Origin: a virus
Reading direction: 5' to 3' (one strand)
Length of the DNA: 64,000 bases
Virus record (IMG/VR): IMGVR_UViG_3300032307_000646
Span: 1 to 64,000 of that record
Below are positions 55,004-64,000 of this stretch, one piece after another (the first letter of the stretch is position 1; the number at the start of each line of letters is the position of its first letter). The position numbers were made by a program, and so were the translations under genes. Below the pieces are notes generated by a model. The model searched no databases. It was given only the letters and a program-made list of their open reading frames with translations, and had not been told where the DNA came from.

Positions 55004-55639
55004 ATGAGCATGAAAGAAGATTTTACACCAGAAGTTAACGATGTCATCGTAGGAAAAATTGGTGAGCTTAAAAAAATACAAGCCCAGTTAGATGAAGCGT
55101 TAAAACTCTATAAGGAGTCAATAGCTGATCTAGAAGCGGCTAAAGCTAGTTTAGTACCAGAAGTGATGGAAGCTTTTAAAGGCCAAAAAGATGGTGCTGA
55201 GAAATTAAAGTTTGAATTGGATAACATGGTTGTTGAAATCGTTCAGGAATCTGAGAGATTAACAACATCTTATAAAGACGCTTTTGATACAGCTTTAACT
55301 AAAGTGAACGAGAACACTAAGAAAGTTTTACAACAAATTTTAGAGAGTTCTAAAGTTGCTTCTAAAGTTAAAGGTCAATTAAAAATCGATAGCACAAAAG
55401 TTTACGAAGGCGCTATGATGGATTGGCTTGGTTCTGTAAAGGATTGGTTAACCACAGCTTTCAATAAAGTTAATGTCTTCTCAAGTAGAGCCGAAGAAGG
55501 TCTAGATGAAATCAGCGCCATGATTAAAAATTATGACGAAGAGCAAGAAAATATGTACGCTAGTAAAAACATGGATGATGTTGAGTCTGGGGCTATTTAC
55601 GAATCTATTGATAGAATGAAAAAAATAATAAATTTTTAA
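55004..55639 (+). CDS. helical protein with C-terminal ESIDRMKKII motif
   Basis: TATTTAT at 54984. Confidence 0.75.
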   Translation: MSMKEDFTPEVNDVIVGKIGELKKIQAQLDEALKLYKESIADLEAAKASLVPEVMEAFKGQKDGAEKLKFELDNMVVEIVQESERLTTSYKDAFDTALTKVNENTKKVLQQILESSKVASKVKGQLKIDSTKVYEGAMMDWLGSVKDWLTTAFNKVNVFSSRAEEGLDEISAMIKNYDEEQENMYASKNMDDVESGAIYESIDRMKKIINF

Positions 55640-55651
55640 TAATTAATTACA

Positions 55652-55804
55652 ATGGCGGCACCAAAAAAAGGTAGTTCATCTAACGTTAAGGTTTTTAAAA
55701 GTAACCCTAAGAAAAGTAGAAAGGGTATACACAAAAAATCTAAAGCTAGTAAACACAAAGGAAGTAAAAACTACAAGAAGGCTTACAGAGGCCAAGGTAG
55801 GTAA
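55652..55804 (+). CDS. small basic protein ending YRGQGR (50 aa)
   Basis: read by hand; Lys-rich. Confidence 0.65.
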   Translation: MAAPKKGSSSNVKVFKSNPKKSRKGIHKKSKASKHKGSKNYKKAYRGQGR

Positions 55805-55940
55805 GATAACCGTAGAGGGTAGGTAAAGAAGTAACTTTAGAAGTAATTTTAACCTGGTAGGGATCTAACTATGAATAAATCGTGGATTTTCCCAAACCAA
55901 TACGTATAGAAGCGTAAAGTCGTCATTCAATAACCTCTAT

Positions 55941-55973
55941 AAAAAAACCACCCAATGGGTGGTTTTTCTTTTT
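55941..55973. terminator. bidirectional intrinsic terminator
   Basis: A7-CCACCC-AAT-GGGTGG-T5 between convergent genes. Confidence 0.8.
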
Positions 55974-57372
55974 ATATCTCGTCAAATATCATAAAATACA
56001 ATTCTTCTTTTGGGCGAGTAACGGCCACGTAGTGTATATTACGGCCTTCTTCATCAACGTCACCATCATCTGTGATAAAAGAGTACTCGGAAAGATCATG
56101 CGTCATACTACCGTATTTAATTAACATCTCTGGGTCAGATGAATTAACAACAACACATCTTGGGAACTCCCTACCCTTACTTTTATGTATTGATGTGATG
56201 AACACATCGGATCCAGAATTTTCCTCGATAAAATCGATAAAATCTTGGTTGTTGATGAAGTATGGTAAAACCTCGTTTAACTTTTTCTTGAGCGCATCGG
56301 TTATGTTAGATTTCTTAACATTCTCCAAATCGGTTTTGGTTATGTAGTTAAAATACCTCATAGGTATTTTTTTCTTCAACGCCTGTCTTTCAAGTTCCTT
56401 GATAACGTTATTTGTTCTAACTAAAACGGTAAGCGGTTTACCGTCAACCATCATTTCAAATAAACGTTTCTTTGAGATATATTTCTCATCGACAAAACCA
56501 TCATGTTCCGATTCTGGGATAGCCCTTAGTGAGCTAAATTTATTGGCATTTTCAACGATATTTCTATGCGACCTGAAATTTTTTGTTAGTGTCAACTCAA
56601 CAACCGTTTTCTTTTGTTTAAGTAATGACTCAATTTTTTCACAGTTAGCCCCAGAAAATCCGTATATGGATTGGTTTTTATCACCAATTAAGTAGTATTG
56701 TTTAGCGTTAATCGATGATAATATCTTCATTTGAAGTGTTGAAGTATCTTGATATTCATCAATAAAAATGTAGTCATACATACCGTTAAAAAAATCACGG
56801 TGTTTGGGATCCTTTGATAATTTCTCAGTGTCAATTAACATATCGGAGAAATCTCTACTATTAGTTTCTTTTAAGAAAGCAACATAGTGATCGTAGTAAT
56901 TTGGTTTGGGTGCTTTAACACCATCATAGAATTGTAATTTGTATGCTGAAAAAGATGAGGAAATACTCGCCCCTTCTTCGTAGAACTTTTCAATGGTTTT
57001 ATAGTAATCCTCTCTAATCTTCCTCGGATCTTTAAAAGAAGGTTTTTTCTTATCGCGATACCAGTTAATAAAATCGTAGAAGGTTACAATTGGTTTGAAC
57101 TTACCCAACTTACCCAAAACGCTACTTGTAAAACTATGTATTGTTGTTATCTTCACCTCACTATCAATACGGTTACGTAATTCGTTAACCGCATCATTAG
57201 TGAATGAGAAAAATATTATTTTACTTGGGTCGACACCGATTTCAAGTAAATGATTCAACCTACCCACTGTGGAGTGTGTTTTACCGCTACCAGCTGTCGC
57301 TGACAATATTATGGACTCTGGTCCACTAAACTCAATAAAATCAAGTTGTTCCTTAGTATATCCTTTTTTCAT
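55972..57372 (-). CDS. UvrD/Rep-family (SF1) helicase
   Basis: ATAGSGKT, FTN.A, DEYQD, GD.NQSIYGF, NFRS, SIHKSKGREF, YVAVTR. Confidence 0.92.
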   Translation of the reverse strand: MKKGYTKEQLDFIEFSGPESIILSATAGSGKTHSTVGRLNHLLEIGVDPSKIIFFSFTNDAVNELRNRIDSEVKITTIHSFTSSVLGKLGKFKPIVTFYDFINWYRDKKKPSFKDPRKIREDYYKTIEKFYEEGASISSSFSAYKLQFYDGVKAPKPNYYDHYVAFLKETNSRDFSDMLIDTEKLSKDPKHRDFFNGMYDYIFIDEYQDTSTLQMKILSSINAKQYYLIGDKNQSIYGFSGANCEKIESLLKQKKTVVELTLTKNFRSHRNIVENANKFSSLRAIPESEHDGFVDEKYISKKRLFEMMVDGKPLTVLVRTNNVIKELERQALKKKIPMRYFNYITKTDLENVKKSNITDALKKKLNEVLPYFINNQDFIDFIEENSGSDVFITSIHKSKGREFPRCVVVNSSDPEMLIKYGSMTHDLSEYSFITDDGDVDEEGRNIHYVAVTRPKEELYFMIFDEI

Positions 57373-57430
57373 ACCACAAAACTAATAAATTATTTGTTCG
57401 TAAACAAATTTTTTTCTAATTTTGTGACAT

Positions 57431-57985
57431 ATGGGTATTCTAACATTTAAAGATGCTTTTGATAAGCACAGAAAAAAATTCAGTGTTATTCGACTGAATG
57501 ATAAAGAGATTCACAACTGTGTTCATTACATCAGGTCTGTTGTAAAACAACAATGTAACACCGCAAAATTAACACAAAATAATCAGAAATATAAGGATAT
57601 GTTTCTGGAGATATGCGCGATAACCGCCATATCGAATAGAGTTGATTACCCTTTTATTGATTACAAAAACACAAAAACACCCCCTATAGATCAATTTAGA
57701 AGTGTTGTTGGTAAGTGGTTTGACATCATTATTTTCAACTATAACGAGTTCCCGATCTTTTACCACCCAATGCATAAAAAAGCGATATTCGTTTGTAAAT
57801 TAAGTGATACCGAGTTTGTTATATGCGGATTCGGTACGAGATACGTGATAAACAGCTTCCATTCAAAATCTTTAATTCAGAATCATGTTATAAGGGAGCA
57901 ATCAACTATGAGCGCCTTCTATGGCTTTGAACATCTTAGAGGTATACCAAATAATATTTACGATTTTAAGAACTTAACCCAATAA
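57431..57985 (+). CDS. hypothetical protein
   Basis: TTTG...TAATTTTG promoter divergent from helicase. Confidence 0.7.
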   Translation: MGILTFKDAFDKHRKKFSVIRLNDKEIHNCVHYIRSVVKQQCNTAKLTQNNQKYKDMFLEICAITAISNRVDYPFIDYKNTKTPPIDQFRSVVGKWFDIIIFNYNEFPIFYHPMHKKAIFVCKLSDTEFVICGFGTRYVINSFHSKSLIQNHVIREQSTMSAFYGFEHLRGIPNNIYDFKNLTQ

Positions 57986-58011
57986 TTCGATATTTATAAT
58001 AAAACAAAATT

Positions 58012-58707
58012 ATGGGTAAGAAAGTTTATAAAATGACTGAAGATCAAGTTGCTTCTGTTTTGAACAGAAAGAAAGAGGGTGTTATCGCTGATATGCCAGC
58101 ACCAGGTTTAAAACTAAGTAATGAGGGGTCAGATAAGAAAACAAAATATAAAATCACTGAGGACCAACTAAAAAGAATCTTTAATGAGTTAGGTAAAAAA
58201 GCTGTTGATGAGATGGATAACTACAACTATCCAATGGGTTCCGATACACCTGACGCGCCATGGAATCAAAATGATGATAATATTAAACAAGGTGAATCTG
58301 TTGGTGGTGACTACGTTGGTGTTTTTACCGCTCAAGGTGAATTCTTATTGAAGAATAAACAAACTAATGAGTTGCTTTATAGTTTAACTGATGTCTGGTA
58401 TGATATATATGCTGAATTAGAAGACTATTTAGATGTTCCACAAGAAGAAGAAGAGGACGAGGATGGTAGATATATGACAGCGGCTAGCGACTGGAAAGAT
58501 CATATCACAAATGATGAGTTATTAGAAGCTTTGGCTAGTTACATTAATGACAAGGCTAAAAGAAATCAGGATTTAAAAATCACCGATACTATCGAGTCAT
58601 GGGATAATGCTGAACATGAGTTTTTATTAGTTAAGCCAGAAACTATCGAAGCGATAGGGTCAAAACCAGTTGTTGAAAAAGCAAAAGCTCTGCTTGGTTT
58701 AAATTAA
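58012..58707 (+). CDS. acidic protein with two K(M/I)TEDQ motifs
   Basis: TATTTATA at 57991; NYPMG.D...APWN motif. Confidence 0.75.
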   Translation: MGKKVYKMTEDQVASVLNRKKEGVIADMPAPGLKLSNEGSDKKTKYKITEDQLKRIFNELGKKAVDEMDNYNYPMGSDTPDAPWNQNDDNIKQGESVGGDYVGVFTAQGEFLLKNKQTNELLYSLTDVWYDIYAELEDYLDVPQEEEEDEDGRYMTAASDWKDHITNDELLEALASYINDKAKRNQDLKITDTIESWDNAEHEFLLVKPETIEAIGSKPVVEKAKALLGLN

Positions 58708-59048
58708 AATATTTCTTTATATTCATGGGGTACCTCAACATAGATATGGGTGTACCCCATTTTTTTTGCGGCAATTATTCTATGTCTACCATCAATAACA
58801 CCTATTTTATTACCTTCAAGACCCAACAAGACTGGTTCAAAATAACTCTTTCTATGTAGATTTCTTTTAATAAAGCTAACAGCATCTTTAATTCTTTTAA
58901 CACTGACATCGTTTTTAGTGTCAGGGTTAACGAAATACTCTGGCGAATCTTTTTTTAAACGAGTTATCAATGAATCAACCCCAACTAACACTAATTGGTT
59001 ATTATCCGAATCAACTAAAACGTATTGGTCCTCTTGTAAGTATTTCAT
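58704..59048 (-). CDS. ParB/Srx-like protein
   Basis: VIDGRHRIIAA; start at MKYLQE after TAnnTTTG. Confidence 0.7.
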   Translation of the reverse strand: MKYLQEDQYVLVDSDNNQLVLVGVDSLITRLKKDSPEYFVNPDTKNDVSVKRIKDAVSFIKRNLHRKSYFEPVLLGLEGNKIGVIDGRHRIIAAKKMGYTHIYVEVPHEYKEIF

Positions 59049-59127
59049 AGGGCAAATATATAAAATTAGTTTACTAAAACCAAAATTTTTACTAGATTTA
59101 ATGATATTTATTATTAAAAGAAATGTT

Positions 59128-60180
59128 ATGATTGTTACTAAAAAAGATATTATGGAAACCATGGGAGAAAAAAGTTTTTCCGAGGATAGTTCAGGGACAA
59201 GTGGTGTTGATAGTACTTCTGGTTCGTCATTACCAAGACGTTTAATTAACAAGGGTTTTGACTGGCTTAACAGTAAAATCAAAAAAGTTGGGGATGCTAT
59301 TGCGTCAAGAAACGAAAACTTAACCATTGAGGTTATTGATGAATTGTTTAGTATACATGAGGAATGTGAGAACCCTAGTTTTTTTATATCAAAAGACATA
59401 AAAAATTTTGGTGAGCCTATGATGGAAAAATCTGGTGATTGTTACCAGGTCGCCGTAAACCCAAAATATAAAGACTTATCTTTTGTTTTTGAAACTATTA
59501 AAGAGATGTATGATAACAACGAATTCTCTGGTATGTTATCAGAATCAGAAGTTGTTTGCGAAGAATGTTTAGAAATAAACGTTGAGAAAAAATTACTAGA
59601 GAACATGGATGTTTGGATGAGTAAATACCAGATATCTGAAGATGTTATGCACCATTTAAATAACAGTGTTCCTTTGTTAGAGAATATTTACAGACCAGGT
59701 AGTCCAAAACACGCCATGGTAATTAAAGAAACCAGAGAGTTGTGGGAAAAGGGTGCTTTAAATGTTTCTGAGTTAAGTAAAAAATTATTCGAGAATACTG
59801 ATTTGGGTAAATTTGATTTGTATGAAGGTGCAATGGTACCATTAGATTTACCATTTACAGTGGATATGACAGAGGAAGAGATTCTTGCTGAGGCAAAGTA
59901 CCAAGGTAAGGAAGTTGAGCTCGGAAAACCCAAAAGAGGGGGTTCTAAAAAATTCTACGTTTATGTAAGAAAACCAGGTGGTGGTGTTAAAAAGGTCTCA
60001 TTTGGTGACACAACTGGTTTATCTGTTAAATTAAACAACCCAGAAGCCCGTAAATCATTTGCTAAAAGACACGATTGTGCAAATAAAAAAGATAGAACTA
60101 AAGCGTCTTACTGGTCATGTAGATTACCTAGATACGCTAGTTTGCTTGGTTTAAAATCTAAGTTTGGTGGGTACTGGTAA
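59128..60180 (+). CDS. multidomain protein with basic Cys-containing C-terminal domain
   Basis: TATTTATT at 59105; VKKVSFGD...ARKSFAKRHDC...YWSC. Confidence 0.75.
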   Translation: MIVTKKDIMETMGEKSFSEDSSGTSGVDSTSGSSLPRRLINKGFDWLNSKIKKVGDAIASRNENLTIEVIDELFSIHEECENPSFFISKDIKNFGEPMMEKSGDCYQVAVNPKYKDLSFVFETIKEMYDNNEFSGMLSESEVVCEECLEINVEKKLLENMDVWMSKYQISEDVMHHLNNSVPLLENIYRPGSPKHAMVIKETRELWEKGALNVSELSKKLFENTDLGKFDLYEGAMVPLDLPFTVDMTEEEILAEAKYQGKEVELGKPKRGGSKKFYVYVRKPGGGVKKVSFGDTTGLSVKLNNPEARKSFAKRHDCANKKDRTKASYWSCRLPRYASLLGLKSKFGGYW

Positions 60181-60442
60181 ACCATATTCGGATATCGCGA
60201 TATACGATAATTGTGTTATAAGAGAGTTTGGTGAGGATATCGATCCGATTGAACTTATGTGGCATAGGGATAATGAGGATAGAGTTGTAGAGGTTTTAAA
60301 CCAAACTGATTGGCTTTTTCAGTATGATAATGAGTTACCTATCCCGTTAAAAGAAAATGTCTCACTAAAAATAGCGAGACATGACTGGCATAGGGTTATA
60401 AAAGGTACTGGTAACCTAAGGTTAAAGATAACTAAAAGTTAA
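60164..60442 (+). CDS. cupin-like protein
   Basis: WHRD.EDR...HRVIKG.G.L. Confidence 0.6.
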   Translation: MVGTGKPYSDIAIYDNCVIREFGEDIDPIELMWHRDNEDRVVEVLNQTDWLFQYDNELPIPLKENVSLKIARHDWHRVIKGTGNLRLKITKS

Positions 60443-60821
60443 TTCTACAAGTACCGTAAACATTTTTAGAACCATCTTCTTCACCTAAATCATCTAACCA
60501 CTGAAGACTAGAGTTTGGCCCACCATAAAATATAAAGTTTGAGTTATCGTCCATAAATTTTTCCTCACCGCCTTCTGGTACGATTATCTCAACACCCTGT
60601 AATTGTATGGGTTGATCTTTCCTTTCGTAATTTATTACACCACCGTAACTAAAAACGTATAAGGGTTTATACTTAGCAAACCTTCTAAATAACTCAATAT
60701 TGATTTTCCTATCACACTTTATGTCCCTGCTAAAGGTGTAGCATAACATTTCAGCTGTAGCCCTATCAACTTTAAAATTGTGTACTGATAATATCTCAGC
60801 TACGGGATTTTCGTAAATCAT
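60432..60821 (-). CDS. hypothetical protein
   Basis: overlaps end of kinase gene. Confidence 0.65.
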   Translation of the reverse strand: MIYENPVAEILSVHNFKVDRATAEMLCYTFSRDIKCDRKINIELFRRFAKYKPLYVFSYGGVINYERKDQPIQLQGVEIIVPEGGEEKFMDDNSNFIFYGGPNSSLQWLDDLGEEDGSKNVYGTCRINF

Positions 60822-61365
60822 TCACCAAATTATCTATCTTATCGTACAGATCATGTAAAGTACGATCGTTTATTATTTCGGTTGTAATACCAACAATAGA
60901 ATCCATTTCTTTTTCAGATGCGTGCTCATCACCAGTACTTAGATTTGGTCTTTGCACTGACAATATTGTGCCACCCATCTTTAATATCGCATCAACTTCA
61001 TGTTGAAATCTAACATCGCAAATAACGACATCCAGATCTTTATTTTGGTTATACCATTGTTCAAAACGTTTAACCCAAAAACTTCTTCCAAATACTTGTA
61101 ATTCTGGTATGTATTTTGGCATATCATATTGGAAAACTTCAGTACCCATTATCTGTAGTACTAATCTTGGGGTTATCCCCCAGGTTGGGTCAATTTCATC
61201 TTTAGCGTCACCAAAAACTTGGTCTTCAGTGAAACCAAATAATTCCATGGCCCCACGTTTAATTGGGTTGGCGAAACTATATTTTACAAAATTTTTGTTA
61301 GCGACAAGGTAATCACCTGTGGTGTCTTTACCCGAACGTTTTTTTCCTAGAACTCCTATTATCAT
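60796..61365 (-). CDS. deoxynucleoside monophosphate kinase (T4 gp1-like)
   Basis: GKKRSGKDT P-loop, SFA.PIK, TPR..LQ.MGTE, DVRF..E, H.SE. Confidence 0.9.
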   Translation of the reverse strand: MIIGVLGKKRSGKDTTGDYLVANKNFVKYSFANPIKRGAMELFGFTEDQVFGDAKDEIDPTWGITPRLVLQIMGTEVFQYDMPKYIPELQVFGRSFWVKRFEQWYNQNKDLDVVICDVRFQHEVDAILKMGGTILSVQRPNLSTGDEHASEKEMDSIVGITTEIINDRTLHDLYDKIDNLVNDLRKSRS

Positions 61366-61431
61366 ATTAACTTATTTGTACAAATATAATAAAAACGTTT
61401 TAAAAAAACAAATCCCCTTTCGGGGATTTTA

Positions 61432-62354
61432 TTATCTTTTTAAAAATTCGTCCATTACGGATTTTTGTATTCTTCTTAGATATTCATTTGGTTGCTCTTG
61501 CATTGGCTCCTCTGGAGCTGTGTCAACTGGGGCCTCATCTGGGGCTGGTTCCGCATCTGTTGTATCCTCGGAGTCTTTGTTTTGAAGTTTACTTAACATG
61601 TCAGCCATATCCTCTTCATTAACCTTTGTCATGTCGATTGCCGATAAAATAGAGTTAACAACATATTTGTAATCCTTAGATTCCAATTCTTGTGCACCGT
61701 CTCTCATTTTTTGTGTCAACTTACCAGTTAATTTTTGAACTGTTTTTAAAATCGGTTCGTCTGGGTTTTCATCACCTTCTGGTGCTTCAGCTGGGGTATC
61801 AACTGGCGCGTCACCAGTTGTGTCAACACCCATATCTTCTGGCATTTCGGCCGAGAAATCTGTTGCCATATCGGTAGGTTCTTCTGTTGGCGCGGAAGCC
61901 GACATGTCATCACCTGTATTAACAGAAGAAGCTGGCTCCGTATTAGCAGAACCAGCTCCTTTTAATTTAAGAATGTAACGCTCAGTTAAGCTTTTTTTTT
62001 TAAAACATCGATGTTTTCTTTATAATCAACTGACTCGTTGATTTGTTTGAACATCATATTTAAATGCTTAAGAGCTTCGGCGTATGATCTATAAGAATGT
62101 TCGTGTATGTTTTGAACACCAGACAAATACTCATAACCATTTTCATTTTTTACCTTGATGTAAACGTGTTTTTCCTCTTGTACAATACCATATTCAGTAC
62201 CATCAGCTGCAACAGCTTCGTGTAGAACATTGGACAAGTGACCAACCAATTGTTTATTTTCGTTGATTGATTCTTTAGACACACCAGCGATTTCAAGAAT
62301 TCTGGCTAATTTTTGGTCTACGTCTTGTATTTTTTCTGAACCTACTGGTCTCAT
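61432..62354 (-). CDS. single gene split by a -1 frameshift at an A10 tract (ORFs 61986-62354 and 61432-61905)
   Basis: -1 frame is open from the A tract into the downstream ORF. Confidence 0.65.
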
Positions 62355-62412
62355 ATCTTTGTTTTTTAAAATTCTTATTATTCTTATAAATATACGGAGT
62401 TTTAGTAAAAAA

Positions 62413-63156
62413 TCAATATTGCTCGTTTTCTAAAGATAAAAACTCATCTTTTATATCAACCCCAAGATCTGCTAATTCATCCATATACCCAGATCTTCTT
62501 AGGTATTTAAAAACTAGATTTTCTGTACTATATTCACCAGTTGCATTTAAACCACTTTTTCTGTAAGCTCTTATTTTTTCTTTTAGTTTTTTTAGCTTAA
62601 GTAATTTAGCGTCTGGTTCTTCTTCTTTTTTAATGTCGTTTAGTTTTTTTACAAACTCCTTAACCTTTTTAATGATATCAGATTTATTAACTGGCGCTTT
62701 ATCTTTACTAGGTTCTCTTCTCCATTTATTGTAGAGTATGCTATATATACCGTCAGAAGCGTCTAACTCTTCTTTAATATCTTGAACGTATAACTCAACA
62801 TCAAAACCCTTAACCTTTATATTATGTTTTAAGTTATAAACTTCCTTTTTAGCTGTAAAAAACTCATCAACTAAATCAGTATCTTCATTAACCTTTTCTT
62901 TGTCAATTACGATATGTAAATCCACGTCTGAATATTCGGACCAATTATAATTAGCTAAACTACCAACAAATAAGATATCTTCAATAACAAAACTGTCTAT
63001 ACCAAAACTTTCAATAAAATCTTTCGCTATTGAGATGAGGTGTTCCCTAACATCTTTGTGTAATTTGATTGTCTTAAAGTTATCTGATGAGGCATTATCC
63101 CATATATCCGAATATAGGCTTGCTCTAACAGTAAAACTTTTAATAATATTGTCCAT
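62413..63156 (-). CDS. nucleotidyltransferase (Pol-beta superfamily)
   Basis: GSLANYNWS.YSDVDLH, VELYVQ motifs. Confidence 0.8.
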   Translation of the reverse strand: MDNIIKSFTVRASLYSDIWDNASSDNFKTIKLHKDVREHLISIAKDFIESFGIDSFVIEDILFVGSLANYNWSEYSDVDLHIVIDKEKVNEDTDLVDEFFTAKKEVYNLKHNIKVKGFDVELYVQDIKEELDASDGIYSILYNKWRREPSKDKAPVNKSDIIKKVKEFVKKLNDIKKEEEPDAKLLKLKKLKEKIRAYRKSGLNATGEYSTENLVFKYLRRSGYMDELADLGVDIKDEFLSLENEQY

Positions 63157-63192
63157 ATCTAATAAATATCAGTATTTTAAATAAAAAACACT

Positions 63193-63855
63193 TTAAATTA
63201 GATAATCGTCCTCAAATTCTTCAGAAATATAGTGTTCATCAGCTTTTTCGATCCAACCAGTGATAATATATTTGTATTGACCATTTTTTGGCGGGTTACC
63301 ACGATGCTTATGTGTCCATAAAGCTGGTGCGATAACTAATTTACCAGCTTCAGGTTTAACTTTAAGTGGGTTAAATTTAAATTCAGTTTCACCACCATCA
63401 ACATCATTAAGGTAGTAGATAAAAAATAATTCTCTTTTAATTGTGATACCACCCTCGTTCTCATGGTGCCAGGCGTAATAGCCTTGGTCATCTATGTATC
63501 TTTGCATTTGCATGTGCGGTTGCCCGTTATTAGCGGCCATATAACATGATTGAGCTGTTCTTACGGCTGAAGCTTTAGTACTAAACCCACCAGTCATCGT
63601 CATAAAACTGTTGTGTTCAATATAATCAACTAAGTTACCTAGTAGATTTTCTCGTAAATAATCATAGATGTATAACCAATTTGGGTTATCTAAATTAAGG
63701 TGGATCATTAAATCTGTTGATGATTTAACTAACTTATTAACACCAGCACCACTAATACCTTCCATTTGGTTATTTGATGTCTCAAATTCGTTTATAATAA
63801 GATTACAAACTTCTTTAGAGATAGTATTTTCGTAAATTTTAATTAAATTATCCAT
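63193..63855 (-). CDS. 2OG-Fe(II) oxygenase (prolyl-4-hydroxylase-like)
   Basis: WHHE, YLNDV.GGETEF, H.HRG, KYIITGW. Confidence 0.88.
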   Translation of the reverse strand: MDNLIKIYENTISKEVCNLIINEFETSNNQMEGISGAGVNKLVKSSTDLMIHLNLDNPNWLYIYDYLRENLLGNLVDYIEHNSFMTMTGGFSTKASAVRTAQSCYMAANNGQPHMQMQRYIDDQGYYAWHHENEGGITIKRELFFIYYLNDVDGGETEFKFNPLKVKPEAGKLVIAPALWTHKHRGNPPKNGQYKYIITGWIEKADEHYISEEFEDDYLI

Positions 63856-64000
63856 TATAAATTTTTTGTATAAATAATTTTAAACGTTTCAACCCTGTCA
63901 TTTAATCTTAGTGGCTTAACTTTAGTATTAGTAAAATCACATAATTCAGAATTTTTAAAGAAAACGTAAACATTACAACCAAAATTTTCCGCTATTTGGT

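Noticed and set aside
62413-63156. CCA-adding enzyme for the CCA-less phage tRNAs
   Set aside because: Only the generic Pol-beta motif is visible and class II CCA-enzyme motifs are not; substrate unknown.

Overview
This looks like part of a large (jumbo-type) tailed phage genome infecting Bacteroidota. The evidence is about 50 TTG-N-TAnnTTTG host-type promoters, A-rich leaders without Shine-Dalgarno sites, a T9SS sorting domain, an endolysin, a dNMP kinase and a tRNA operon. Layout: (i) ~1.2-27.6 kb is a divergent array of small early-type genes, most with their own near-identical promoter, depleted in GATC/AGCT, bounded by a TGAATTC cluster (~0.7-1.1 kb) and a G/C-tract non-coding block (~27.6-28.1 kb). 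(ii) 28-41 kb holds TATTTAT-promoter genes: proteins sharing an 'EExxRIxxMMGL' helix and five paralogous LamG/beta-rich proteins. (iii) 41.0-43.35 kb is a minus-strand operon of 14 tRNAs with three structured non-tRNA spacers. (iv) 44-52.5 kb is an envelope operon (cohesin/T9SS cargo, CsgG-like, C-type lectin, beta-barrels). (v) The rest encodes lysis genes, a helicase, kinase, nucleotidyltransferase and 2OG-Fe(II) oxygenase. Top finding: the tRNA operon is preceded by a promoter, an unannotated 32-codon leader ORF, mutually exclusive antiterminator/terminator helices and a boxA. Leader codons 6-22 use exactly the 13 amino acids of the 14 downstream tRNAs, suggesting a ribosome-mediated attenuator that turns phage tRNAs on when host tRNAs fail. 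All family calls are from motif recognition by eye, not database searches.
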